Positions 52,593 to 64,000 of a stretch of DNA of 64,000 nt are shown here, in pieces. The stretch's first letter is position 1, and each line of letters opens with the position of its first letter. A model generated the notes under the pieces. It saw only the letters and a list, made by a program, of their open reading frames with translations, was not told the origin of the DNA and searched no databases. The translations under genes and the position numbers were made by a program. The DNA is from Azolla caroliniana (Eukaryota > Plantae > Polypodiophyta), in contig JBHGNT010000018.1 of assembly GCA_043228905.1 (NCBI GenBank), positions 17,236,001-17,300,000 on the forward strand. The letters run 5' to 3'.

Positions 52593-54497
52593 ACTTTATT
52601 ACGGTCTTCATGAGACATTAGAGTTTGATCAGTCCCATGGTTGTACTTAAGGGGAGGTAGGTTATTAATGTCTATGCCATTTGCAAGTAACCAACTCACC
52701 ACAATGCTATGCCAAGAGCTAGTGTCTCCAGATGCATGTAGGGATCGGGATGCCTCAAAGGCTCAATGGGATATCCTATCTTGTGGTTGACTATGTATCC
52801 GATGAATAAAAACTACCACTTGAAAGAGTGCTTCTACTAACATTGGGGGTAGACTGAACTCTGCTCTACTAATGTCATGTGGTACTGTTGACTTGCTTCG
52901 GAGTTGACGTGATAACATCGTCACCAAAGGTCTCTCTAATTGCATCCACATGAAAGATGGTAGACCTGGAGCCCATACTACTTATGCATACATGAGGGAC
53001 GGGGTCCCGAAGGGGACACTAATGAGTCAAAGAGCCATCCCTTAGTCCGTGTCTCTTGAAAGTATGCCTAGTGGCATTGTCTCTCTAAGAGAGAGGGATG
53101 CATACCCTCTCGTTAGCCTATCTTTGGTTGCCTAGGTCATCGAGAATTTACCTGAGTGAGCACTAAAAGTGACTCCCAAGTATACATATGATCCCACGAC
53201 CTCAACTAGTTTATGAGAGAGGATTAGCTAACATTTACTCCTAACTCGGGACGATGTAAGAAAGATAAGGACTTTAGTTTTCATTAGATTCACTACTAGT
53301 CCTCGTTGTGTACAAAAGTCATCTAGGGCATTAAGATGCTTTTGTGGGTCGTGTTTTGACTCTAAGAGCAAGACAATGTCGTCTACGTAGAGTAAGAGAC
53401 TAACTTGTGTATCCCCAATAGCTACTCCCTTGCCTCCCTTACGAGCAATAAAATCAGTGATCTCATCAATGTAGATCCCAAAAAGAGTCAGTGATAGGGG
53501 GCAATCCTGTTTTACACCAATGGTGCTAGTGAAACAATCAGATAGGTCACCTAGGCATCTTATGCACCCAAAGACTTGCTCATGTAGGGCATGGCCCAGA
53601 TCATGTCATTTGGTATCTCCAAGCTCTTAAGTCTATCAAACAACCTCTCCCTAGGAACTGTGTCAAAGGCTTTACGGAAGTCCACAAAGCAACAATATAG
53701 TTTCTTCTTACGAGCCTTCGTTTGGTCAATTAAGCACATAAGTGTGAAGATATGGTCAATAGTGGAGAAGGCTTGTCTAAAGCCAGCTTTCTCAGGTGCT
53801 CAAAGACTTAATGTTTCCATATAATCACTGAACTCCGCTTCCATTACTGCACCATATAGGTTAGCGAGCGTATGACCTATCATAATGGTCCTATATGTAT
53901 TTGGGTCCATTGGGTCCCCTCCTTTATGTATAGGGGCCACTGTGTTCATGGCCCATTGTGGTGGAAAACCCTCGGCGAGGGCGCGGTTGAAGATTAGAGT
54001 GAGAAGGGGGAGCTAGGCACTCTCAAGCATATATGATGTGCTTGGCTCGAAATCCTGCGTGGTTCATGGATTTCCTATGTTGTAATTTTTTTATGGCCTT
54101 CGTGACACTAGAGGTCGTGAAAAGTGTCCCCATGGTAGGTGGAGGTGTGGAAGGCATTAGAATGGGTGGTTGGTCCGGGACATGGTAGAGTCTCTCAATA
54201 TATGTGTGCCAAATATTAGGATCCTCGATGGGTGTTTGTGGTCTCGGTTCCCGTAGTCTCTTCCATGCAAGGGTGCAGTCCCTACTCATATGAGCATATG
54301 GTAGAGTTCCCAATATTGAGATGCTTCCCAAGCTCATCTTTTACGACATGTCATCTTGCGCATCTCTTTGCGAGCTTGTACTGAGGAAATAGTGCCACTA
54401 AGTCATGACACTTTAAGTTGTCTATACAACTCTTGTTGGGATTTCGGTCCCTCCGGATGGGATGTCCGGAGATGAATGACGACAAGCCCGGTTGCGG

Positions 54498-54572
54498 TTA
54501 CGGAGCCGGATGATGAAGACCCCGGCTACGGAGCCGGATGATGAAGACCCCGGTTACGGAGCCGGATGACGA
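54498..54572 (+). repeat. 27-bp tandem repeat in U3 of the C4 LTR (also in the 3' LTR)
   Basis: tacggagccggatgatgaagaccccgg repeated ~2.6 times. Confidence 0.8.
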
Positions 54573-55071
54573 ATGTACCGGGAGAGAGATCCGGATGCGG
54601 AGACATATTTGTGAATATGTTTGCCAAGAGCCCCTTGAGGCTATATTTGTAAATAGCCCGAAAGTCATATGTGTATAAATATGACTTAGGGCAAACAGTT
54701 AAGTCTGTTGTTGCTCATTTTTCTGTTTTCCACTAAGAGGGAGCGAAGTGAGAGCAGCCGAGAGAGAGAGAGACGAAGAGGTCGTTGCCTCTGTGTATTA
54801 CCACCGCCTGTGGTGAAGATAGTGAGCTCAAGGTTGTTGCCCTGTAGCTTCACCACTGTACATCTCTGTTTTAGTGATAGTTGGAGTTTGAGGACTCCCG
54901 TGGTTTTTTCCCATTTAGGGTTTTCCACGTAAAACATCCAGTGTACTCTTCTCTCTTTTGTTTTTCGTGCATTGTTGTATTTCCCATTTTCTGTGAATCG
55001 ATCCTGTTCCTCGGTTGTGGCCGAGCACGGATTTTCGACAAAGTGGTATCAGAGCGACGGTAACACAGAAA

Positions 55072-58000
55072 ATGGAAGGCGGCAGCAGCGGGCAGCCGGG
55101 GATGATGGTGCTAAATGCGCAGAACTACGCCGACTGGAAGATAAAGATGGAGGATCTGCTCATTGTTCGGGACCTGTATGAACCGATCGACAGGTCGGAA
55201 ATACCCAAGGGGGTACTTGAGACGGAGTGGAGGCTTCTGAACCGGAAAGCCGTTGCAACCATTCGGCAATACGTCGACGTGAGCGTTCTACAACACGTGG
55301 CGAACGACACCAACGCATATGAGATGTGGAGGAAGCTATCGGGCCTCTACGAGAGGAAGAATGCGTTGAACCGGACCTCCCTGATGAGAAAGATAGTGAA
55401 CCTCAAGTACCGGGACGGCGAGAGTATGGTGGAACACGTAAGCACGTTCATGGGATTCGTGAACCAGCTTGCGGCGATCAAGTTCCCGTTGGAGGATGCA
55501 ATGCAAGCCATCATCCTGATGTGTACATTGCCGGACAGCTGGGAGAACTTGGTGGTGACTCTCAGCACCTCCTGCACCGAAGATAACTTGTCCCTACAAA
55601 CGGTAAAGACAAGTATTTTGAACGAAGAAGCGCGTCGGAGAGATAAAGAACCGGCCTCCGACTCGAAGGCGCTGCTTACCGAATCGGAACGGGGAAGACA
55701 ATGGAACCGGAGTCCGCAAAGACGGGAGAAGTCGGGGACCCGGTCGCAGTCAAGAGGAAGACCCACATGCTTCCACTGTGGGAAGCCGGGGCACTTCCGG
55801 AAGAATTGTCGGCATTACCGAAAAGACAACGGATCCGACGACACCGATTCGAAGAAGTCACCGGAGCGAAACGGCGCATACCAGGGAGCCACGGACCGGA
55901 GAGGTCCGGATCGGCGAGGGCAGGACCGGAAAGGAACAACGGCACTCGCGGCAAGTGAAGAGGAGATCATGCTCATCACCGAAGAAGGTGAACTAAACAT
56001 TGCCGGCGATGAGACTACCTGGGTGGTCGATTCCGGAGCGTCGTTCCACCTGACCCCGGAAAGTAGATACTTCTCATCCTACACAGCCGGTGAACATGGC
56101 TGTGTTCGGATGGGAAATGAAGGTACGTGTCGGATTGCCGGCATAGGAGACGTATGGTTGACAACCCCGACCGGATGCAAAATGCTGCTGAAGGATGTCC
56201 GACACGTTCCGGAGGTTCGATTGAACCTGATTTCGGCCGGGAGGCTAGACGATGAAGGCTACACAGGTAGCATCCGGAACGGTGTAATGAAGTTCAGCAA
56301 GGGAAGCCTGATAGTGGCTCGGGCCCGGAAAGTCAACACACTGTACCTTATGAATGCCTGGTTGTGTCCGGAAGAGCTGAATGTGGCAGCCGACACTGCC
56401 GGTGAGCTGTGGCACAAAAGACTGTGCCACATGAGTGAGAAGGGGATGAAGAGGCTTGCAGAAGACAACCTTATTCCAGTGAAGCATGTGCACCTGGAGA
56501 AGTGCACCGATTGCCTGGCCGGTAAGCAAAACCGAACCTCCTTCCACTCAAGGCCACCGACGAGACGTAGCGCACCATTGGAGTTGGTGCACACTGATGT
56601 GTGTCAGGTAGAAACGAAGTCACATGGCGGAGCCCAGTACTTCGTGACTTTCATTGATGATCACAGCCGGAAGCTGTGGACAGCACCGTTGAAGACAAAG
56701 GACCGAGTATTGTCCGTCTTCAAAGAACTCCACGCGAGAGTGGAAAGAGAATCCGGCAAGAAGCTGAAAGCGATACGAGCGGATAACGGAGGAGAATACC
56801 GGGGGCAGTTCGCGGAGTACTGTCGCTCGAAGGGAATCCGGCTCGAGTTTACTGTGCCGAAGACGCCGAAACTGAACGGGCTGGTCGAGAGGATGAACCG
56901 GACCATAATGGAGAGGGTCCGGAGTATGCTAGCGCATGCGAAATTACCCAAGGGGTTTTGGGCTGAGGCGATGTCGACGGCGACATACGTGATAAATAGA
57001 TCACCCTCAGTACCTTTGGACGGAGACACGCCGCAGAGAGTGTGGACCGGTAGGGAAGTATCCTACCGGCATCTGAAGGTGTTCGGGTGCCTCGCATATG
57101 TGCATGTGGCTAAGGACCGGAGAGGAAAGCTAGATCCAAAGACCCGGCCATGCATATTCCTCGGTTACGGCAATGACGAGTTCGGCTACCGAGTATGGGA
57201 CCCGGTCGACAAGAAGATATTCAGGAGTCGTGATATCATCTTCATGGAGGACAAGACACTCGCCGACTGGGAGTCGGAGAAGAAGATTAAGAGCTTCAAG
57301 TCGACCGGTGAGAATCAACTCTACGAAGAGCAGTCCCGACCGGCAAGGGACCGGTTAGCACTCGAGGATCCGGCCGAAGACGGTGAAGAAACAGAACCGG
57401 CCGAGGAAGATGAAACTGATACCGGAACCGGCCCCGATCCCGAAATGGATTCGGATGAAGAGGAAACGGAGAAGCCGGTTACCGAAGCTCCGGAACGGAG
57501 ATATCCTCTAAGAGAGAGAAGGGCCCCCCGGAGATTTCCGGAACCAGAGCACGTGCTGCTAACCAACGAAGGGGAGCCGGAGAGCTTTGAAGAAGCAAAG
57601 CATGACACCCAGAGCCGCAGGTGGTTGAGTGCCATGCAGGACGAGATGGATTCCCTGCATGAGAACCACACATATGAACTTGTGGAGTTGCCGAAAGGAA
57701 AGCGGGCACTTCGAAACAAGTGGGTGTTCAAGCTGAAACCGGGAGATGCCGGAAACCCCCCGAGATACAAAGCCAGGATCGTGGTGAAGGGGTTTCAGCA
57801 GAAGAAGGGCGTCGACTTCGACGAGATATTTGCCCCGGTAGTGAAGATGACCTCCATCCGGACGGTGCTGAGCATAGCGGCAAGCATGGACCTCGAGGTA
57901 GAACAGATGGACGTGAAGACGGCATTCCTTCACGGTGACCTCGAAGAAGAGATCTACATGTAGCAACCGGAAGGATTCGAGAAGAAAGGGAAGGAGCACC

Positions 58001-59145
58001 TGGTATGCCGGTTGAAGAAGAGCCTTTACGGACTGAAGCAGGCTCCCCGGCAATGGTACCGGAAGTTCGACTCCTTCATGACCGACGAAGGGTACCACAA
58101 AACGCAGTCTAATCACTGCGTGTTTGTGAAGAAGTTCGAAGGAGGAGACTTTCTAATACTCCTCCTGTACGTGGACGACATGTTGATCGTCGGACGGGAC
58201 CAGGTCAAGATACGGATGCTGAAGAAGGCTCTTCACCGAACCTTCTCAATGAAGGACTTGGGTCCGGCGAGGCAAATATTAGGGATGCACATCATCCGGG
58301 ACCGGAAGAAGAAGCAGTTGTGGCTGTCACAGGAGAAGTACGTGACAAAGGTGCTTCAACGGTTCAACATGTCGGAAGCAAGACCGGTCGGGTCAACCCT
58401 CCCGGCAAACTGCAAGTTGTCCAGCAAGCAAAGCCCCAAGACAAAGGCTGAGAAGGAGGACATGATGAAAGTGCCATATGCCTCTGCCGTCGGAAGCTTG
58501 ATGTACGCAATGGTGTGTACAAGACCGGACATTGGATACGCAGTCGGAGTGGTGAGCCGGTACATGAGCAATCCCGGCAAAGAGCATTGGAACGCGGCCA
58601 AATGGATACTCCGATACCTGAAGGGCACGGCAAACGTGTGCCTCCGATTCGGCTCCGGTAAGCCCGAACTCGACGGCTTTACCGATTCGGATATGTCGGC
58701 TGATGCAGATACCAGCCGGTCCACATCAGGGTATGTGATGACGTATGCAGGGGGAGCTGTTTCATGGCAGTCGAGGCTGCAGAAGACGGTTGCGTTGTCA
58801 ACCACGGAGGCGGAGTACATGGCGGCTGTTGAAGCCGGCAAGGAAATAATATGGATGAAGGACTTCATTAGAGAGCTCGGTATCCAGCAGGAGGAGTACC
58901 GACTCTACTGCGACAGTCAGAGTGCCATCCACCTTGCGAAGAACGCGGCTTATCACTCCCGGACGAAGCACATCCAGCGAAGATATCACTGGATCCGGGA
59001 AAGGATAGAAGACAAGGAGTTCGTGCTGACGAAGGTCCACACGGACGAGAACGGGTCGGATATGCTGACCAAGGTGCTCACACCCGACAAGCTGGAAGCA
59101 TGCCGGAAGAGGATCGGACTGGAGAGACATCCCATGCCGAAGTGA
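55072..59145 (+). pseudogene. Copia C4 gag-pol with a single in-frame TAG at 57961-57963
   Basis: CFHCGKPGHFRKNC, 'WVVDSGASFH', 'VHTDVC', 'RADNGGEY', 'LYVDDM', 'TDSD', 'STTEAEY'. Confidence 0.95.
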
Positions 59146-60874
59146 AGGGGGAGTTTGTTGGGATTTCGGTCCCTCCGGATGGGATGTCCGGAGATGAATG
59201 ACGGTAAGCCCGGTTGCGGTTACGGAGCCGGATGATGAAGACCCCGGCTACGGAGCCGGATGATGAAGACCCCGGTTACGAAGCCGGATGACGAATGTAC
59301 CGGGAGAGAGATCCGGATGCGGAGACATATTTGTGAATATGTTTGCCAAGAGCCCCTTGAGGCTATATTTGTAAATAGCCCGAAAGTCATATGTGTATAA
59401 ATATGACTTAGGGCAAACAGTTAAGTCTGTTGTTGCTCATTTTTCTGTTTTCCACTAAGAGGGAGCGAAGTGAGAGCAGCCGAGAGAGAGAGAGACGAAG
59501 AGGTCGTTGCCTCTGTGTATTACCACCGCCTGTGGTGAAGATAGTGAGCTCAAGGTTGTTGCCCTGTAGCTTCACCACTGTACATCTCTGTTTTAGTGAT
59601 AGTTGGAGTTTGAGGACTCCCGTGGTTTTTTCCCATTTAGGGTTTTCCACGTAAAACATCCAGTGTACTCTTCTCTCTTTTGTTTTTCGTGCATTGTTGT
59701 ATTTCCCGTTTTCTGTGAATCGATCCTGTTCCTCGGTTGTGGCCGAGCACGGATTTTCGACAACTCTCTACAATCCTCATCATACCACTTGTTCGGTGAT
59801 ATAGACCCTATTCTAGTATGACCGGAGTCTTTCATGTATGGGAAGCTACTAATTGTTGCTAAGTGAAGGATGTGTGTGAATTCTGTAGTGTGGTTCTCTA
59901 AAGGCAAGAAAGAATCAAAAGAGGAGAGATGGGCTTGAACATGTCGAGAGTAGATGTCAGTGAGCTCATGCATGAAGTGTATTATGGTGTGATGGTTTGG
60001 TTGACTAGAGTTGGTGGCGTGGGAATTATCACATTTTAGCTAAAAGTATAGGAAGCTATGGTCTGCACCAATGGGGCATGGGGCCACCCAAAAGGAGTTA
60101 ACCATGTGGGTAGCTTCAGGGCATTCTACTAGGTAATCAATTGTGCTTTCCCCTCCTCCATGTGGGAAACATGTGAGCTCTTCCCAGCCCAGCCACTTGG
60201 CTAAGCCATTATATATGATCATCTGGTGATGGCTTCCAAGTTCAAGAAGATCATGGCAAAAGCTTGTGGCGTCCGCACCTTGATCCTTTGATGTACGTGT
60301 TATGCCTAAGGCTAAAGGGTCGACATTCACCATTTCTAGGTTTCTATCCATCTGAAATATTGTGCATTGTCGGGATTGGGTTCTCGCATTGAAATCTCCT
60401 ACAAGGAAGACTTCCCCTTGAGAGGAATATCGGATTATGTCATCCGATAAAGGTTCGTATGGAGAAGGCCCATGTGGCGTTCCTTCATCAACTATACTCA
60501 CGTCTCTAGCCATATTATATCGGGATCCTTTCGGGGGGAAGTAACAAACGGCGATAAATATCACCTGATCCTTGCTAGTGAGGACTTTCACCCACATAAA
60601 ACGGGCTTTTGGGTCTGTCTTTAGTATTTCTATCCTATTATGTATCTCTCTCCGAAATAATATCGCAACCCCTCCAGACCCTCTAGTAGTATGTCGACGT
60701 GAGGTTTGTCTAAAGACAGATTCCCAACGAAAACCATCAACTAGTGGCAGTCCTCGATTTGGACTCTAATGTGTTTCTACTAAAAAAATATATCAGATAC
60801 CTTCAAAATCTCCTCTAGACGGCCAGGGTGTTTCCAAAGTGCACCATTACAATTCCATAAAGTCATCTTGAGTT

Positions 60875-61688
60875 TATTGTCTGTCACATGGGCCACACGC
60901 CGTCAATTGGCGACACGGTCATTTATTATCACGCGTTCGTCTCGGTAGAAAGCACGATGCCCCTCTTTACGAGCTTGTATGACTCGTGGCATACAAGTTT
61001 TACGATGCTCAATTTGCATCTTGGTTAGGTCTTCATCGAGGTAGATAGGGTCCCCGCCCAATCCTCGAAGAATTGGTCTCTTTTTAAGAAAGTGATTCTA
61101 GATTCTGAGTCCTTAAACTGGAGGACTAAAGCTCTTTTCCTAGTGGTGTCACGTCCTACCCTCCTTAGTGATTGGTAGGGCTTCGTACCCCAACATTTTC
61201 CCTAATGTTTGTGCATCTTCGTCAGGAAATGCCCCTTCCTTGAGCCCAGTAACTCGTACATTTAGGCGTCGAGCTTGATGCATTTTTTCCTCCTCAAGGG
61301 TAGTGTTTACAATGTTTTCATCCTTTAGTTCTTTTTTAATATTACGTTTTACTACATCAACCCACCTAGTTTTTGCTAATTCCATATCGCTTTTAACGTC
61401 TTCCTTAACCTTTTTTTTCTTGTCCTTAATATCCTCTAGGGAAGATATTTCACCATCTTCCCTAGGTGTCTCAAGGTCCTTAATTTGTTTTTGAAGGTTC
61501 ACATTGGCTACTTTAAGTTTCGCTACATCAGTAATAAGCAGTTCTCTTTCTTCCTTATCTTTTTGTTTTTTGGTTTCAATCTCTTTCTCCTATTTTTCTA
61601 TTTTAATTAAACGGTTAAGGACATTTAAAAATTCCTCCTTACTTATAATTTCTTCGTGTGTTTCCTTATGGTTTCGTCTAGAAGTCAT
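60875..61688 (-). pseudogene. LINE ORF1 remnant (coiled-coil N-terminus, 'RRLNVRVTGL' motif)
   Basis: Lies directly upstream of the EN domain; K/E-rich; 'PIYLDEDLTKMQ' near 61020-61055. Confidence 0.7.
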
Positions 61689-61949
61689 GTTGTAATTCAA
61701 AAGATAGAAGAAAGAAAAGACAAAAAGGACAGAAAAACTTAGCTAAGCATCAATGCCTTGCGCGCTAGGTACGAGTGTAGAAGCACATGTGTGCTCTCTC
61801 GTTTACTCAACTGATGACATTGTCAGAAGCGTAGGTGATAGCGGCGACCGACAACGACGACAGTGGCAACGACTACACACGACAGTGGCAGCAATGGCAA
61901 CGGCAACGGCAACGACGGCAACAGTCGTCAAACATCGAGCGGCGGCAGA

Positions 61950-64000
61950 GACAATTGGTTTACAACAAAATGAGTATTTATCCAGCCATCATAACTAAAA
62001 TAAAATAAAGTAAACATAGAACTTAAGCTAAAAGAGTTCTAGTAGTATACAATATGTGGTATACTCGATAAAGGAAGTGATTTTACACTAAGCCTAATTT
62101 TATTTCCACCCAAGCCTCTCGAAAAGAAGTGGGGGGTCAAAGGGTTTTGATGTGGGTGTGACCCGTGGTTCCAATGTAGAGAGTGCCCTAGCCATGGCTT
62201 CTAGGCGGTGTAGCTCACGTTCCCTTATTTTCAATATTGCTTCCACACCACGTCGAGTTGATTTGAAACCCGGCACCCGAGGACGTCTAGTTCTTCTTTG
62301 GTTTTCTGCCTCATCAAGGGAAAGGCCGAGTGGTGCAGGTGTGTCGACATTCGTTGTCTCCCCCTGTTCCTGAAAAACTTCATTTGTTACATGTTGGTGA
62401 ACATTAGCAACATTATTGTCAACATTTTGTAACTTATTCTCTCTGTGTTGTTTTAGCTCTAGAATGTATTTGCCTAATTTCTTTATATCTAGAATATCTA
62501 ATAGTTTGGGGACAGTGGGAGAGGAACCAAGTATGTCTTGGTATTTTTCCCTTATCTCGGCGTAGGTTGGGCACTTGCATGTAAAGTGATACTCATCCTC
62601 TATCTCTATGTGACATAACCTACATATCCTTTCCTCCCTAGGGACTCCATTAGTATGGCCATTCTCAATCTCACGTTGCTGAGATAATATTCTAAGTTGT
62701 CCAATGGCAACCCTTAGTGCATGTGGTAAGAATACATCTAGATATTTTGGTCGCGTGATAAAACCTAACTCAGAGAAGTGCATGAAGTGTTCCTTATAGT
62801 ACAACATTTTAGATGGGAGTGGCTCTTGTGGGGTGATCCATTTATACCGAGTGTAAATTTGCCATATTTCTTGGCGTATTACTTTATTGCGGTCCTCATG
62901 AGAGATTAAAGTGTTATCAATCGTGTGGTTGTACCTAAGGGGAGGTAGGTTATTAATGTCTAGACCATCCGCAAGAAGCCAACTCACCATCATGCCATAC
63001 CATGAGCTAGTATAGCCGGACTCATACAATGATCGAGAGGCCTTAAAGGCTTGATGAGATATTCTATCATGTGGTTGGCTATGTATCCTATGAATAAAGA
63101 CTACAAGTTGGAAAAGTGTCGCTACTAACATTGGGGGTAACGTGAACTCAGTCCTAATAATGTCATGTGGTACTGTTGATTTGCTTCGGAGTTGACGTGA
63201 TAACATCATCACCAATGGTCTCTCTAATTGTGTCCACATGAAAGATGGTAATCCTGGAGCCCAAACTGTTGATGCATACATGAGGGAGGGGGTCACTAAT
63301 GAGTCAAAGAGCCACCCTTTAGTTCGTGGCTCTTGAAAGTATGCTTGGTGGCATTGTCTCTCTAGGAGTGAGAGGGATGCATGTCCTCTCATAAGTCTGT
63401 CCTTCACTGCTTATGTCATCGAAAATTTACCTGAGCGAGCACTGAAAGTGACCCCGAGATAGATGTATGATCCAACCACCTCAACTGGGTTATGGGAGAT
63501 AGTTAGGTGACAGTTAGCTCTAACTTTTGCCGATGTGTGGAAGATAAGGACTTTAGTTTTCCCTAGATTCACTACCAATCCTCGTTGTGCACAGAAGTCA
63601 TCTAAGGCATTAAGGTGCCTTTGTAGGTCGTGTTCAGATTCAGAGAGCAAAACTATGTCATCCGCATAGAGCAAGATACGAACCTACGTATCCCCAAGGA
63701 CTACTCCGTTGCCTCCCTTACGAGCAATAAAATCAGTGATCTCATCAATGTAGATCCCAAAAAGTGTTGGTGATAGGGGGCAACCTTGTTTTACACCAAT
63801 AGTGCTAGTGAAATAATTGGATAGGCCACCTGGGCATTGGACACTTGTTCATATAGTGCGTAGATGGCCCAGACCATGTCATCTGGTATCCTCAAGCTTT
63901 TAAGACTATCAAACAACCGCTCTCTAGGGACTGTGTCAAAGGCCTTGCAGAAGTCCACAAAACATCAATATAATTTCTTCTTGCAAGCCTTAGTTTGGTC
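61950..64000 (-). mobile_element. 3' part of another LINE of the same family (RT and C-terminal zinc knuckle), runs off the window
   Basis: 'GVKQGCPLSP', 'LYADDIVL', 'YIYLGV', 'ERICRLC..EDEYHFTCKC'; 3' UTR matches 28662-28835. Confidence 0.88.

Larger units (their letters stand above)
54434..59762 (+). mobile_element. Young full-length Ty1/copia element C4 (Tnt1/Tork-like)
   Basis: 607-bp LTRs 54434-55040 and 59156-59762 with about 4 differences by eye. TSD ACTCT. PBS tggtatcagagc at 55044-55055; PPT gaagggggag. Confidence 0.97.
28662..61800 (-). mobile_element. Approximately full-length degenerate LINE (RTE-X/RTE-like) split by the TIR transposon and Copia C4
   Basis: Segments 28662-29613, 52593-54433 and 59763-~61800 are colinear on the minus strand. 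ORF1 ~60875-61688; EN 'LWNCNG', 'VGDFNART', 'STIDY', 'DH'; RT at 53300-53950; C-terminal CxxC..H..C knuckle at ~29300-29360. Confidence 0.8.

Overview
Eukaryotic, repeat-only heterochromatin-like window from a land plant, probably a bryophyte or other non-seed plant (inferred from a Tcn1-type chromovirus, tRNA-Met and tRNA-Trp primer sites and a TTTAGGG fragment). I found no ordinary host genes. There are two nests of transposable elements. Nest 1 (about 2.8-26.9 kb) is six levels deep: LINE > Copia C1 > Copia C2 > LINE > chromovirus Gypsy G1 > (Copia C3 and an LTR-derived foldback). Nest 2 (about 28.7-61.8 kb) is a LINE carrying a young Copia (C4) and a 23-kb TIR DNA transposon (29614-52592, about 9.2 kb once two nested Gypsy elements are removed). 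That transposon is the main result. It has 36-bp TIRs, a 4-bp AATT/ACTT TSD and a Sola-like DDD transposase. It also carries a divergent six-exon gene for a ParB-like domain fused to a bacterial-type beta-class amino (N6A/N4C) DNA methyltransferase. Intron 1 of that gene holds an array of eight ~29-bp palindromes. Both genes are disabled in this copy. All family assignments come from motif recognition by eye; no database search was run.
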